Source: a virus. From it: a DNA stretch of 64,000 bases. Below are positions 52,568 through 63,174 of the stretch, piece by piece. Made by a program: the position numbers and the translations under genes. Position 1 is the first letter of the stretch, and each line of letters starts with the position of its first letter. Location: the IMG/VR virus record IMGVR_UViG_3300033067_002067, positions 9,301 through 73,300 of that record. The stretch is one strand, 5' to 3'. Below the pieces are notes generated by a model. It was given only the letters and a program-made list of their open reading frames with translations, had not been told where the DNA came from and did not search any database.

Positions 52568-53116
52568 TTACGATAGGAATTTTCTGCAATTATTAAAATG
52601 ATACCTACGCATGTTTGCAGAATATTTTTGAGTATGACCACAATGAGGACATGATATAATAGGGGCACTTGCATCTCTAGTTTGAGCTGCTTTTTTAATA
52701 GCCTGTCTACCTGCTGCAGACTTTTTAACCCCTATATTTGCTTTACCTGCTTTTACTTTATTAGCAATTTCTTTATCAGTAAACCCTTCTTTTTGTTTAC
52801 GTTCATTGTATAACGCAAACCCCGGAGATGCGGCTTTTGCAACAGCATACATTCTTGCAGTAAAAATCCTATGCTGTTGTGGTCTTCCACACGCCATGCG
52901 CCAAAATGCATGAGCTATTTTAGGATTATTTGGATGTATTTTCCATAATAAATGATGTGCAACATAGTGTGCTTTAATAGGTAATAATACTAAATTTTCA
53001 GTACTATCATCACCGCCCATGCATTTAGGAAGTATATGATGTTTTTCTGCATATCCTTGTATTATAGAAAAACGATAGTGTTCAATTAGCTGTTTGTACT
53101 TTTTAACATAGTTCAT
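52568..53116 (-). CDS. HNH endonuclease (HNH_3 type)
   Basis: HHILPKCMGGDDSTENLVLLPIKAHYVAHH plus C-terminal CPHCGH zinc ribbon. Confidence 0.75.
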   Translation of the reverse strand: MNYVKKYKQLIEHYRFSIIQGYAEKHHILPKCMGGDDSTENLVLLPIKAHYVAHHLLWKIHPNNPKIAHAFWRMACGRPQQHRIFTARMYAVAKAASPGFALYNERKQKEGFTDKEIANKVKAGKANIGVKKSAAGRQAIKKAAQTRDASAPIISCPHCGHTQKYSANMRRYHFNNCRKFLS

Positions 53117-53157
53117 AATAGGTCTCCTCTTACCTATTATTTATACAAAACAGCCTC

Positions 53158-56100
53158 TTATACAAAGCATCTCCCGTAAGAACCCTGTCCGCCACTACCA
53201 GGTGATTCTGGTGCACTTTCAGGATTATTTCTGAAGTTTGGTGCTTCAGCCGGTCCTTCAGTACCAGGAGATACTGCTGGACCTTGAACTGGCTGTTCTG
53301 CAGGCGCAGTGCCAGGATCATTATTTTCAGGTGCTACGAAACCTTTTTCAGGAGCATAGCCTTTATCTGTATCAGGTGCCATTGGCGCGATTGATTGCGG
53401 TAATTCAGCTGGTGATGGTTCAAAGCCAGGAACTGTTGGTTGAGGCTCTGGTCCTGTTGGTGTAGCTGCATTAGGCTTATCACCGCCATAGAATCTTTCA
53501 ATCCAATTTAATGGGTTGTAAGCACTTCCTTTTAATGGCTGGCCAAATACTTTCTTAGTTGCAGGCGGAACCTGTACTCCATCTGGTGGGGGTGGTACAG
53601 GCCCTTCACCGGTTGATGGCCCGGGGCCTGTTGGTTTTTGAATAGGTTGAGCAACAGGCTTATCAAATGCAGGATCGTTACCGTCGTTAGGTGCATTTGG
53701 ATCATCACCTGGACGAGGCGGGCTTACATCGCCGTTCTTTTTGAAATTAGTAGCAGCTTCTTCAGGTGTAAGAACTTTTACATTACCAGCTCTCTTTTCT
53801 ATTTCTGCTTGTTCTTTTGTAAGAATTCTAAACTCATGAGGTTGACCTTTAGGCGAGGGCAAGAAAGCCAACGTAGCAGTTGGATTTTCTTTTACATATT
53901 GAAGAATATGGGCTCGTGCCCCATTTGGTCCGCCCCATTTATCATATGGAATAGCCAAACAACCTTCTGAATATAACTTATCTAGTTTCGCTGCTGTTAA
54001 TGCTCCACCATGAATCTGAATTTGTGATCTTGCATTATTGCCGCCATATTTTGGGTCATCAAGATCGATCGGTCTTCCTTCTTTTCCTACATTAAATACT
54101 TGTGCTTTGTCTTGCTTAGAAAGAGGAGTGCCTGAAAGATACCCTTCAATACGCGATGCTCCATATTGAGGAGATAGCTTATGATATCCATACGGCATTG
54201 ATCCTTTACCCCACCCGCCTGTTACAGCTGGGTAGGATTGCTGTCCAAACTGACCAACAGGAGGTACAGTTAACTGGCCTCTAATAACCCCTGCGCGGCT
54301 TCTATTTGCTGCATTTAAATCTACCGGGCTACCCAGTATTGATGGTTTAGCAACTGATTGGGGCTGTTGCGGAGCGTCGCCATCAGCTGATACAGCTGGC
54401 TTTGACTCTGATAATTTTTTAATATAATCAGAAATACCAGGAGCAGATTGTTCTAATGGCTTAAGAGAATCTGAAGCCTGTGGTCCACCAGGTACAGCTG
54501 TATTAGGCGAACCTTTAAGCGCATCGGCTTGCTTTAAAATATCATTCCAATTTTCATTAAGAAATTTACTTGCAGCGCCGCCTTCTGGCAATCCTTTGTC
54601 TAGAGTTTGTCTCTGGAAAGGCCCGGGCGCGTCTTTTTGAATTTCTCCATGTCCATAAGTTGGTCTTGCATCTTTACCATAACCACTATAATCACGGGGC
54701 AAAATGCCGCGAGCCACTAAACTTGCAAAATGTTGTTTAAGAGCTGCAGAACTTTTTTCATTTAACTGGCCATCACCAGTTAGAACTACACCATATGCAT
54801 TTTTATTCTCAAGATATTGAGCCCCAGGTCTATGACCTCCTGAAATGCTTTCTATTTGATTAGGTCTAGCATCATATGGTCTTAATTCATGAACCTGGCC
54901 ATCAGGAGTAATAGCAGTATGATATCCATATGCTCTCGGGCTTGAACCTGGTCTTGTCTCGCCTTCTTTTAATTTTTCAAGAGTAAGAGGTGACATATGT
55001 AATACTGAACCAGCAAATGATGATCTATTCTTCATCGCATCGTCGCCTGAACCGCCAGGGTTTGCATTAGGGACGCGATCGTCCTTTAAATCTACTGGCT
55101 TTGGTCCGCCAAGTTTCATCATTCCTGGTGGATTATCACGCAATGATTTATCAATAGCAGCTTTATCAAGAGCTCTTTCTTTTTCTTCTTGCTCTTTTGT
55201 TAAAGGTTGGGGGCCCCCAGGCGTTGCTTTGCCCGTTGGCACCTCAATAACACCGTCCATTTTCTTAGGTTTAGCAGCTTCTTCGCGCGCTCTTTGTTCT
55301 GCAGCTTCAAATTCACGCTGTTGTTTTAAGCGCCACTGTTTTGTACCAGGTAGGCCCCAATCGTTAAAACGCTCGCCATTAATATTAACACCGATACCAC
55401 CTTGATGATAATTTGGATCACCTGCTGAGCCTTGATCAGTATGACCTTTAATAACATTACTTGTGTAGGCCTGCTCAATTAGTGCATGCATTCTAGCCGC
55501 AAATTTAGGATCGTCCATCTTACGGAGATGAGAATTAATTGATCCTCTATTAATAGGACCATAAAAGCTACGACCCGGTTGACCTACAATCATCTGTTCA
55601 ATTGAAAGAGGCGCTTTACCTTGCTTTGCTCTCATTTCATTCATATATGCAGTACGATTAAACAAAGATTCTGCCACTGCAGGACCTGCGCCAGGATTTT
55701 CTGAACTTATAACTGCTCCAAGCAACCTCTTAAGCTGAGGATTGCTTTCAATTTGACGTTTAAAATCAGCGCGTTGTGCTGCAAGATATGCTGCCCCGCC
55801 AACAACTGGTTGCCCAGGCACTTGCGGTGCCTGAGGTTGATTAGGCTGACCGGGCTGTGGTGGCTGTGCCTGCTGCCCAGGTTGAGGAACAACTGGTGCA
55901 GGTTGCTGCGGCTCCGTAGGTGTAGTATATGATGGAGTATAGCTGCTTCCACCATTATAGCTAGGTCTACCAGGATTATATCCACCAGAAAGTGGCTGTG
56001 CACCTCTAGCAGCAACAGCCCCGGGGCTGCCCAAACGACCCATATGGCCCTGAAGGAATTCAAAACCAGGAGGCAGCTGGCCAAACTTCATAAACTGAGC

Positions 56101-57252
56101 GTGCTGATCATCTACCTGCGCACGATGATACATAGCACCAAATGATTGCTGACTAAACTGGCCAGGCAGATTTCTTTGAAGATTTGGCGGTGATATCTTA
56201 GCTTTATCTTTTGCTGCTTTACGAGCAAAAATCTCATCCCAATTAGCGCTAGTCTTTTTATTAATGTAATGAGCTGCTAATCCACCACCTACAATAGCGG
56301 CGCCACCAACTACCCATGGAGATGCGAGAAGTGCACCTGCGCCTCTTGCCAGCATTCCACCTACACCAGATGTTACTTTACCTAATAATGAACCACTATT
56401 AGACGCGCCAGGAGTTGGGGCCATAGGCTCAGGTGTGGCGCCAGGTATTTGAGGCATAGCACCAGGATTAGAGAACGGAACTCTAGGCACAGGTGCAGGA
56501 GCTTTAGGAGACGGGCCTCCTTTTAACCAATTATTAAAACCAGAAGCGCCAGACTTAACAGCAGAGCCTGCATTGCGGGCTCCTCTATAGGTCTGATACA
56601 TAGCGCCGCGGCGATAGTTTTTACCTATTTCGCGCTTTGTTCTGCTCCACCAATCTTGCGGAAGATTCTCTTCTTCTTCTGATGGATGGTTGCTTCCGTT
56701 ACCATGTCCCATAGGCAGACCAACAGGACGGCTTTTAATCTTAGCAATTTCTCTGCTTGCACCTTCAATCTTACCAGAAAGATCATTATAACCTTTCTGC
56801 AAACGGGTGATCTGCTTATTGATTTCACCGACAGCTTTTTGAACAGCTTTGAAATCGTTAACACGGTTTTCACGTAGCTGTACAATAGCCTCGTTTTGCT
56901 TTTTAAGCTGTTTGGTAATGTCTTTAATATCAGTCTTTACAGCATCACGAATGCGCTGGACGTCCTGATTATCAGTAGATATTTTCTTTACTGAATCACC
57001 TAGACGTTCAATATCTGAATTTTGAGGAAGAGGCTTTTGATCTTCACGCTTAGACTTAGCTGCATCAGCTAGTTTTACTTCATTAATTTTTTGCTTTTTA
57101 ACTTTATCAGAAGCATCCACAGGCCCAGGGCTGGACGTTCCTGTTGGTTCGTCCATCTGTTTAAACATAGCACCATAGTCATCAGTATTTTTATCTACTT
57201 CAGCTTTGGGAGGTGTTTTTGGGCCTTTAGGAGTTTTTGGTGTCTTTGCCAA
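53158..57252 (-). CDS. 1364-aa virion protein with two peptidoglycan-hydrolase domains (tape-measure or ejection protein candidate)
   Basis: TTG start coupled to the upstream stop; N-terminal heptad coiled coil; Gly-zipper TM GSLLGKVTSGVGGMLARGAGALLASPWVVGG; amidase_2 block YGYHTAITPDGQVHELRP...H...N.N.YGVVLTG (compare T7 lysozyme VGYHFIIKRDGTV...SIGVCLVG); YkuD-like IHGG...SEGCLAI; long P/Q/G-rich linkers. Confidence 0.7.
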   Translation of the reverse strand: MAKTPKTPKGPKTPPKAEVDKNTDDYGAMFKQMDEPTGTSSPGPVDASDKVKKQKINEVKLADAAKSKREDQKPLPQNSDIERLGDSVKKISTDNQDVQRIRDAVKTDIKDITKQLKKQNEAIVQLRENRVNDFKAVQKAVGEINKQITRLQKGYNDLSGKIEGASREIAKIKSRPVGLPMGHGNGSNHPSEEEENLPQDWWSRTKREIGKNYRRGAMYQTYRGARNAGSAVKSGASGFNNWLKGGPSPKAPAPVPRVPFSNPGAMPQIPGATPEPMAPTPGASNSGSLLGKVTSGVGGMLARGAGALLASPWVVGGAAIVGGGLAAHYINKKTSANWDEIFARKAAKDKAKISPPNLQRNLPGQFSQQSFGAMYHRAQVDDQHAQFMKFGQLPPGFEFLQGHMGRLGSPGAVAARGAQPLSGGYNPGRPSYNGGSSYTPSYTTPTEPQQPAPVVPQPGQQAQPPQPGQPNQPQAPQVPGQPVVGGAAYLAAQRADFKRQIESNPQLKRLLGAVISSENPGAGPAVAESLFNRTAYMNEMRAKQGKAPLSIEQMIVGQPGRSFYGPINRGSINSHLRKMDDPKFAARMHALIEQAYTSNVIKGHTDQGSAGDPNYHQGGIGVNINGERFNDWGLPGTKQWRLKQQREFEAAEQRAREEAAKPKKMDGVIEVPTGKATPGGPQPLTKEQEEKERALDKAAIDKSLRDNPPGMMKLGGPKPVDLKDDRVPNANPGGSGDDAMKNRSSFAGSVLHMSPLTLEKLKEGETRPGSSPRAYGYHTAITPDGQVHELRPYDARPNQIESISGGHRPGAQYLENKNAYGVVLTGDGQLNEKSSAALKQHFASLVARGILPRDYSGYGKDARPTYGHGEIQKDAPGPFQRQTLDKGLPEGGAASKFLNENWNDILKQADALKGSPNTAVPGGPQASDSLKPLEQSAPGISDYIKKLSESKPAVSADGDAPQQPQSVAKPSILGSPVDLNAANRSRAGVIRGQLTVPPVGQFGQQSYPAVTGGWGKGSMPYGYHKLSPQYGASRIEGYLSGTPLSKQDKAQVFNVGKEGRPIDLDDPKYGGNNARSQIQIHGGALTAAKLDKLYSEGCLAIPYDKWGGPNGARAHILQYVKENPTATLAFLPSPKGQPHEFRILTKEQAEIEKRAGNVKVLTPEEAATNFKKNGDVSPPRPGDDPNAPNDGNDPAFDKPVAQPIQKPTGPGPSTGEGPVPPPPDGVQVPPATKKVFGQPLKGSAYNPLNWIERFYGGDKPNAATPTGPEPQPTVPGFEPSPAELPQSIAPMAPDTDKGYAPEKGFVAPENNDPGTAPAEQPVQGPAVSPGTEGPAEAPNFRNNPESAPESPGSGGQGSYGRCFV

Positions 57253-57459
57253 TTAGAATCTTCTTCTTGATAGTGCTTCTTGTTCTTGGCGAGCTCTCTC
57301 AAGCTGCGCTGCATGCTGGGCATGCTGATCTTTTAATAGCGAGATGTAAATATCAAGTTCATAGCTAATAATTCCTTCAAGATCTGATATTGTGTAATTG
57401 TTCTGTGATGTCAGAGCAAATATCGTCTTGTAGTAATTCTCTAGCGTATTATGGTTCAT
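57253..57459 (-). CDS. hypothetical protein (68 aa)
   Basis: its stop abuts the start of the giant gene. Confidence 0.45.
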   Translation of the reverse strand: MNHNTLENYYKTIFALTSQNNYTISDLEGIISYELDIYISLLKDQHAQHAAQLERARQEQEALSRRRF

Positions 57460-58163
57460 CCAAATGTAAAAAAATCTTCTAACGATCTCAGAGGAATTGT
57501 ACGCTCTGTTCCCTTGCTATTGGTGTATTTAATATCATAGAATAGTGTTGGAGTTGCAGCAAAGAACTTCTGCAGATCTTCAAATGCCTTGGCTGGAATA
57601 GAGTCAATAAATTCCTTAAGTTCTTCTTTTGATGAATCTGCACAATTGTGTATTTTGTCACCTTCAAAGATCTTGTCTAGACATGCAATCATTGTAGCTT
57701 CAAACGCTTCATCTTCTTGCAAATTAAGCATATCAGAGTTTGTAAACAATGTTACAGGAGGGTAGCGAAGCGAAATATAAATGCCAGGTGCTATCTCAAA
57801 CTTGTTTGTCTCTGGAAGAGGTGTGATTTCAACCTTATTCAAATCAATTTCAAAATCATAATCTTTCTCATCTTCAAGATCCTTATAGCTAACCTTGACA
57901 ACGTTGCCAATCGAGTTTGCGCGGATCTTGGTGAATAGATATTCAATATCAGCCAATGTAAGCTGGTCAATATTGATGCTGTCTGTAACACAATTATTAA
58001 CAACTTGCTTAATAGCATTAAGATAGTCAGCGCGATCTGCAGCCTGCTTTGCAATAAGAAGAATCTTCTCTTCTTTTACAAGCATTGGGCGAACTTTAAC
58101 TTTCTTCTTGGTAGTTGGGATAGTGCAATCAAACAAAGGCTGTTGAATCTTAGGTAGTGCCAT
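57456..58163 (-). CDS. hypothetical acidic protein (235 aa); tail-assembly chaperone candidate by position
   Basis: positioned between the tube-like gene and the giant protein gene. Confidence 0.5.
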   Translation of the reverse strand: MALPKIQQPLFDCTIPTTKKKVKVRPMLVKEEKILLIAKQAADRADYLNAIKQVVNNCVTDSINIDQLTLADIEYLFTKIRANSIGNVVKVSYKDLEDEKDYDFEIDLNKVEITPLPETNKFEIAPGIYISLRYPPVTLFTNSDMLNLQEDEAFEATMIACLDKIFEGDKIHNCADSSKEELKEFIDSIPAKAFEDLQKFFAATPTLFYDIKYTNSKGTERTIPLRSLEDFFTFG

Positions 58164-58176
58164 AATTTACTCCAAA

Positions 58177-58902
58177 TTAATTGCCAGTAGGCGGAAGAAC
58201 TTCTGCATCTCTCAATTGTTCTGCAGGTGTAGGTGGTTCATTTGATCTTATAGGGGCGGTAGGTTCAGGTGTATCAACACCTGTTGATTGAACAGCAGGT
58301 TGAACTGTTGTAGTTGTCCAATCAAGATATTCAAAGTTAACTTGAAACTTCGCGTTGCCGTTCTGTGAATATGACATAGGTACATCAGCCACAACAGAAG
58401 GAAAAGCTTCTTTGATGTAATATACTTCAACAACATCTCCAGCTGTATTAAGCACAGCTATTGTAATATCAGTAGCATATTCAGACTTGTATTCTAGCTC
58501 ATATTGACGACCGCCAAAGTTAGAAATCTGATTGATGCCACCGTTATACCAATCATGAGGCATAATGTACTGCATCCAGCTATTAAAAAAGTGCATATAA
58601 TCGCCATTAGCATCTGAATTAAACGTGCATTGAATAGGCATAAACACAGGCATATACGGGCGTTTCTCGTCTGGACCATATGTCCAACGCTTTGCAACGT
58701 TGAGAGCTAACTGATAGCCAGGAATGTTAACACTATCAACCCAAAATTCCATATCTTTAGTAATATCAAACGCATCGGTCATGCGCGTTGTACCTGTTAC
58801 CATGCAGCGCGGCGGTACAAGAGTCATAACATATCTATTATCACGCATCATTCCGCCACGCTTGCCAATAGCGGATTTAAATTCTTCGATGCTGAATGCC
58901 AT
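58177..58902 (-). CDS. tail-tube family protein (T4 gp19/gp48/gp54-like)
   Basis: N-terminus MAFSIEEFKSAIGKRGGMMRDNRYVMTLV vs T4 gp19 MFVDDVTRAFESGDFARPNLFQVEIS. Confidence 0.5.
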   Translation of the reverse strand: MAFSIEEFKSAIGKRGGMMRDNRYVMTLVPPRCMVTGTTRMTDAFDITKDMEFWVDSVNIPGYQLALNVAKRWTYGPDEKRPYMPVFMPIQCTFNSDANGDYMHFFNSWMQYIMPHDWYNGGINQISNFGGRQYELEYKSEYATDITIAVLNTAGDVVEVYYIKEAFPSVVADVPMSYSQNGNAKFQVNFEYLDWTTTTVQPAVQSTGVDTPEPTAPIRSNEPPTPAEQLRDAEVLPPTGN

Positions 58903-59547
58903 TTACTTGTATACTTTCTCTAGTGATTCGCGCCATACATTGGCTGCTGTTTGCTTTTCAAAGCGCTCAAGAGGAAGAGGTAATAGCGTTACCCAGTCTT
59001 GAGGATCAACCAAATAGAAACGAGACTTAACATGTGACCAAAGATATTTCTTAACACATGGTTTAAAAAGCTCTGATTGACATAGGCCCTGAAGCTTATT
59101 GTATGTCATATTTAGTTGGCGTTTTGCAAACGCATTGTATTGAGCTTTTTCTGGGTTCTTGAGAAATTGATAATCAGAATCTTGCATAATCATATCAAGA
59201 AGCTGTGCTCTCAATAGAGGATGTAGATAGTGAAAATTAATACCAACAAAACCTTCTGTGCTAATTGATATAGGCATGATAAGAGGAGCTCTATCAAAGT
59301 ACGGAAGAGTGTCAGCATGCTTTGGATCGTAAAAGAATAGCATCAGCTTACCAATATGCACTGGTGCAATGATGTTTCTTAGCTTGTCTTTTTCTTCAGA
59401 CATAAGAGCATTAGCATTGGATGGCTTTCCAGCCAATGATCTACCTATCTGAACATAGGTCTGAACAGCTTTATTAACGAATGTTGACTCGTTAATGCGC
59501 TGTAGCTTATCACCAAATTTTGTTCTTATTTCGTGAATAATACTCAT
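58903..59547 (-). CDS. hypothetical virion-module protein (214 aa)
   Basis: ORF in the minus-strand tail block. Confidence 0.5.
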   Translation of the reverse strand: MSIIHEIRTKFGDKLQRINESTFVNKAVQTYVQIGRSLAGKPSNANALMSEEKDKLRNIIAPVHIGKLMLFFYDPKHADTLPYFDRAPLIMPISISTEGFVGINFHYLHPLLRAQLLDMIMQDSDYQFLKNPEKAQYNAFAKRQLNMTYNKLQGLCQSELFKPCVKKYLWSHVKSRFYLVDPQDWVTLLPLPLERFEKQTAANVWRESLEKVYK

Positions 59548-60058
59548 TATTGATTCCTAGTTCTGCTTCAGTGAGCACTTTAAACTCTAGCCCCACTTTC
59601 TCGCAGTATGCTCGTGCAGCTGCCCATTTAGCTTGATTAATTTCGTACGTCTCAGCTTCTTCCAAGAACTTTTTTGTTATCTTCTTGGGCATTTTGGGCG
59701 GTTGAGTCTGCACATGTGGCTTAATCTCTACCATCCAATTGACAGTCTTACCTGTTTTCTCTCTAAACTGCACTACAAAATCAGGATAATAACGTCTTAC
59801 TAGCCCGTCAGGGGCCCTGTAAGGAATAATCATCTCTTCTGAACCCCACTTTAATACATCTGGGTGGTCATCCAAAAATCTCATATATTTCCATTCATAT
59901 GATGAACGATAAATGATCTTGGTAGGATCGCCTAAATATTTTTGTGGATTGCGTGGCGTAAAAATGCCTTTATATGTTCTAACTGCCATAGTTGCTCGCA
60001 ATAGTTTATAAATATTTAGCCCCAAAATTAACAAAGGTACTATTGTGGTTGATATCAC
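59510..60058 (-). CDS. PD-(D/E)XK-like nuclease-fold protein (182 aa); start possibly at the internal Met (MAVRTYKG)
   Basis: YPDFVVQF ... WMVEIKP = D ... ExK. Confidence 0.4.
   Translation of the reverse strand: MISTTIVPLLILGLNIYKLLRATMAVRTYKGIFTPRNPQKYLGDPTKIIYRSSYEWKYMRFLDDHPDVLKWGSEEMIIPYRAPDGLVRRYYPDFVVQFREKTGKTVNWMVEIKPHVQTQPPKMPKKITKKFLEEAETYEINQAKWAAARAYCEKVGLEFKVLTEAELGINNEYYSRNKNKIW
60006..60013 (+). promoter_or_regulatory. T4-type late promoter TATAAATA
   Basis: exact motif about 32 nt upstream of the GTG start of the structural operon at 60045. Confidence 0.55.
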
Positions 60059-60983
60059 TTCTACTCTTCAAGCATTGTCCCGTCAAGGCACTTTCAACAC
60101 CATTGATCAGCTAAGCCAGATTGTAAGACCATCTGATGCTATAGCTCAAGCTATCGACGGTCAAAATCTTAAATTTTACCAATTTCCAAACGACCCTGCG
60201 CCGCACAGATTTAGTATTTTGCAAGGTACTATTAGACCGTGGACAGCTGTATCAGGAACCGGAAGTGTAAATTTTGATCCAACCGGAGCGAGCTCTGTAA
60301 CACCATATTTCTTTAATAAAGCATATGTTCTTCCTCTTCCTACTCTTATTCAAGATAGCAAGAGCGTACAATATAATAGAAATTTTAACTGGGCCAAAGC
60401 ATTAGGCGGCGCATTGTCAGCCGTAGTCGGTGCTGGTAATCTTAGCTATCTTGAAAAAATTGCAGGCGCAGCAACAGGTCTAGGTGAAGGTTTAGGATAT
60501 GCTGTTAACAATTTTAAAGCATTAACAATTACTCAACCTGAATTTAGAACATTCAATCTAGAATTTAGACTATTTCCCAAGACTCTTGAAGAGTCAAGAG
60601 CTATTCAAAAGATTATTACCACAATTCAAACAGGTATGCATCCCGAACTGGATGGTTTTGGTATTGCTCAAGCGTTCAAGTTTCCTGATATCTTTATGTG
60701 CTTCTTCTCAACAGGTCAAACAGGCGCCGATGGCGCTGCATATTTGTACAAGTTTAAGCCAGCTGTTATTGCTGGCATGAGTGTTAACTATCAGGGCGAC
60801 GCGCCAGTTCCTGCATTTTATCGTGATCCGACTGGCCAAGCTATTCCAGAATCAGTTATTATTCGAATGGGCTTTATTGAACTTGAAGTGTGGACGCGTC
60901 AAAACTATCTCGATTCAGTTGATCAGAACTCTGGTCTTTATGATACTAATCCACTTAGTGCACTAAATCGCTCGGTAAAATAA
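60045..60983 (+). CDS. virion structural protein (312 aa), tail/baseplate class
   Basis: GTG start, SD aaagg; first gene behind the late promoter; Gly/Ala-rich middle. Confidence 0.55.
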   Translation: MVDITSTLQALSRQGTFNTIDQLSQIVRPSDAIAQAIDGQNLKFYQFPNDPAPHRFSILQGTIRPWTAVSGTGSVNFDPTGASSVTPYFFNKAYVLPLPTLIQDSKSVQYNRNFNWAKALGGALSAVVGAGNLSYLEKIAGAATGLGEGLGYAVNNFKALTITQPEFRTFNLEFRLFPKTLEESRAIQKIITTIQTGMHPELDGFGIAQAFKFPDIFMCFFSTGQTGADGAAYLYKFKPAVIAGMSVNYQGDAPVPAFYRDPTGQAIPESVIIRMGFIELEVWTRQNYLDSVDQNSGLYDTNPLSALNRSVK

Positions 60984-61900
60984 TGGACAAGTATTTTCAA
61001 AAATTTCCGTATATCTATTACAGCAATACAATCTGTGTTGATATTGCTCGTCGAGTTCGTTTGGACGATTATCAATCAGCTCAAGGCGATTTGAATCAAT
61101 ATTATCCATATGAGTTGGTGCACCACCTTCGTCCAGATCATGTATCAGAATATTATTATAAAGACGCTGAGCAAGACTGGCTTATCTATCTGACCAACAA
61201 AGTCATCGATCCTTATTATGGCTGGTATTTGAGAGATGATCAACTAGATTCTATGATTGTTGACAAATATGGTTCAATTGAAGTGGCTCAGAGAACTGTA
61301 GCCTACTATGTTAATAATTGGTATAAAGACCCGGGCAATATATCTGTTGATCATTACAACAACGTAATTGATATGGATTGGCGCAAGTACTATGAACCGG
61401 CCTGGGGTGCTGCACAACAGATTGTTGGATATAAGCGTAAGCAATTAGATCTCAACTTTAATACCAATCAGATTCTCAAGTACACAATTGCTACGTCTAA
61501 TGGTACTTTCTCTAACGGAGAACCAGTTAACTTTACTGCATTCTCAGGCGGGCCTCTTTTGGGTACTGGCATGCTTACTTGTGCTAATGCGACGCATCTA
61601 GTAATTCAATCTGTATCTAATGATTTTGTAGCCAACTCTTCTGTTACAAAAACCATCACAGGTTTTACTTCCGGTGCTGTTGCAACAAGCAATCTATATG
61701 CAAACGTGATTATTAATATTGCAGATGATGAAATGGTATTTTATGATCAGATAACAATGTATGATCTTGAAGTAGAAAATAATGAACAAAAGAAAAATAT
61801 TAATCTAATCGGTGCAGGCGTGCAAGGTATTGTCTCACAGACAATTTCCAAAAAGCTTAGAACCAATGTAGATAAATCAACCAACTTGACAATTGAATAA
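60983..61900 (+). CDS. virion structural protein (305 aa)
   Basis: TAATG coupling. Confidence 0.55.
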   Translation: MDKYFQKFPYIYYSNTICVDIARRVRLDDYQSAQGDLNQYYPYELVHHLRPDHVSEYYYKDAEQDWLIYLTNKVIDPYYGWYLRDDQLDSMIVDKYGSIEVAQRTVAYYVNNWYKDPGNISVDHYNNVIDMDWRKYYEPAWGAAQQIVGYKRKQLDLNFNTNQILKYTIATSNGTFSNGEPVNFTAFSGGPLLGTGMLTCANATHLVIQSVSNDFVANSSVTKTITGFTSGAVATSNLYANVIINIADDEMVFYDQITMYDLEVENNEQKKNINLIGAGVQGIVSQTISKKLRTNVDKSTNLTIE

Positions 61901-63174
61901 TGACAGATATCATTCAGCCTGGTAAAGCGCGCTTATTGCAATGTACAATTTCTGGTGTTCCGGATACAGACGGAAGAACAAACTTCTTCCATGTGCAAGA
62001 ACTTCGCATATATGAAGATCATTGCAAAGCGTATTTTACAGGACAGCTTATTGTAGAATTTCATCAGAACGTCTGGGAAAATATTGTTAACCCAGGCGCT
62101 GAAGTTGTTATATCATTTGATTCACCAAGATCAGATGGCGGGCCTACCAAGACTTATACAGAGAATTTTAAGATCTATTCATATGAATCTAAGCCTCGTG
62201 AAGGTGATATTCACAATGCTATAGTAATTACACTATCTCTAATTGGTGAAGAATATTATCGCGATCGTTTTAATACTGTCATGATGCCATTCTCTAATGT
62301 ACCTGGTACAGCTGCTGCAGCTACTGTTCACGGAATGTATATGAGTGTTAATGGTGGTCTTGATATTCTAGATGGTTCTATGGGCCCAATTGGGTCAACT
62401 CAAGTACCTCATGAGGTAAGAAATTTAAAGCCAATTAAAGCTATTCATGATCTATTAGACAAGTCTGTTTTTGCTAGATATCCAAGCTGCGCGCCCATGT
62501 ATTTTAGAAACAAGCCTGGTTATGCTATGGGGCCTCTACAAGGCTTTTTAGAAACAACACCAGTAGTTCAAACATTTGTTCATACACCCGCTCAAACAGC
62601 TTCTGCTCAAGCAGCATTATATGGATATGATAAAATCTTGCATTTGAGACCTATGTCTCCTCCTGGCGAACAAACAGCAGGTGGTGGCCAGTCTGCAAAT
62701 ATGATGGACGGCCTATTTAAATCACTATCGTTCTTTGATATATCTCAGGGCGATATTATGAATAATGATGCTTTCTCTTCATTGGCCGGTGCTGCGGGTA
62801 TTGCTTCTCAGTTTAAATCAGCTGTTAAGAGTAAAGCTGGTGGGCGCCAAATCTTTTCAGTACTTGATTCATTGCACCAGGCGCTGCCTATTCAAAAGAA
62901 TGGACCAGGCGGGTTTGCACAGAATGAAGATGCATTCTTAACTGCATTGTCGTTTACCCCCAAGTTTTGGGTATCTGCTCCTCTGCAGACAGGTGTAAAT
63001 GTAACATGTGGTCAACGTATTAATGTGTTGTATCCTTTCAGTGGTCAACAGCTAATTGCAAAGACTCTTTATGTAGCAAGATTAATTCATGAACTTAAAT
63101 TTACAGAAGGCAATGAAAGAGAACCTGTTAACATTATTGGTACAACTCAGCTTTTTGGAGTACATTGGCAATGA
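61900..63174 (+). CDS. virion structural protein (424 aa), baseplate-hub class candidate
   Basis: TAATG coupling; large beta-rich protein. Confidence 0.5.
   Translation: MTDIIQPGKARLLQCTISGVPDTDGRTNFFHVQELRIYEDHCKAYFTGQLIVEFHQNVWENIVNPGAEVVISFDSPRSDGGPTKTYTENFKIYSYESKPREGDIHNAIVITLSLIGEEYYRDRFNTVMMPFSNVPGTAAAATVHGMYMSVNGGLDILDGSMGPIGSTQVPHEVRNLKPIKAIHDLLDKSVFARYPSCAPMYFRNKPGYAMGPLQGFLETTPVVQTFVHTPAQTASAQAALYGYDKILHLRPMSPPGEQTAGGGQSANMMDGLFKSLSFFDISQGDIMNNDAFSSLAGAAGIASQFKSAVKSKAGGRQIFSVLDSLHQALPIQKNGPGGFAQNEDAFLTALSFTPKFWVSAPLQTGVNVTCGQRINVLYPFSGQQLIAKTLYVARLIHELKFTEGNEREPVNIIGTTQLFGVHWQ

Noticed and set aside
53238-56885. Several 60-125-aa ORFs on the plus strand inside the 1364-aa minus-strand gene
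   Set aside because: All are embedded in a long, well-supported opposite-strand coding region and have low-complexity composition.
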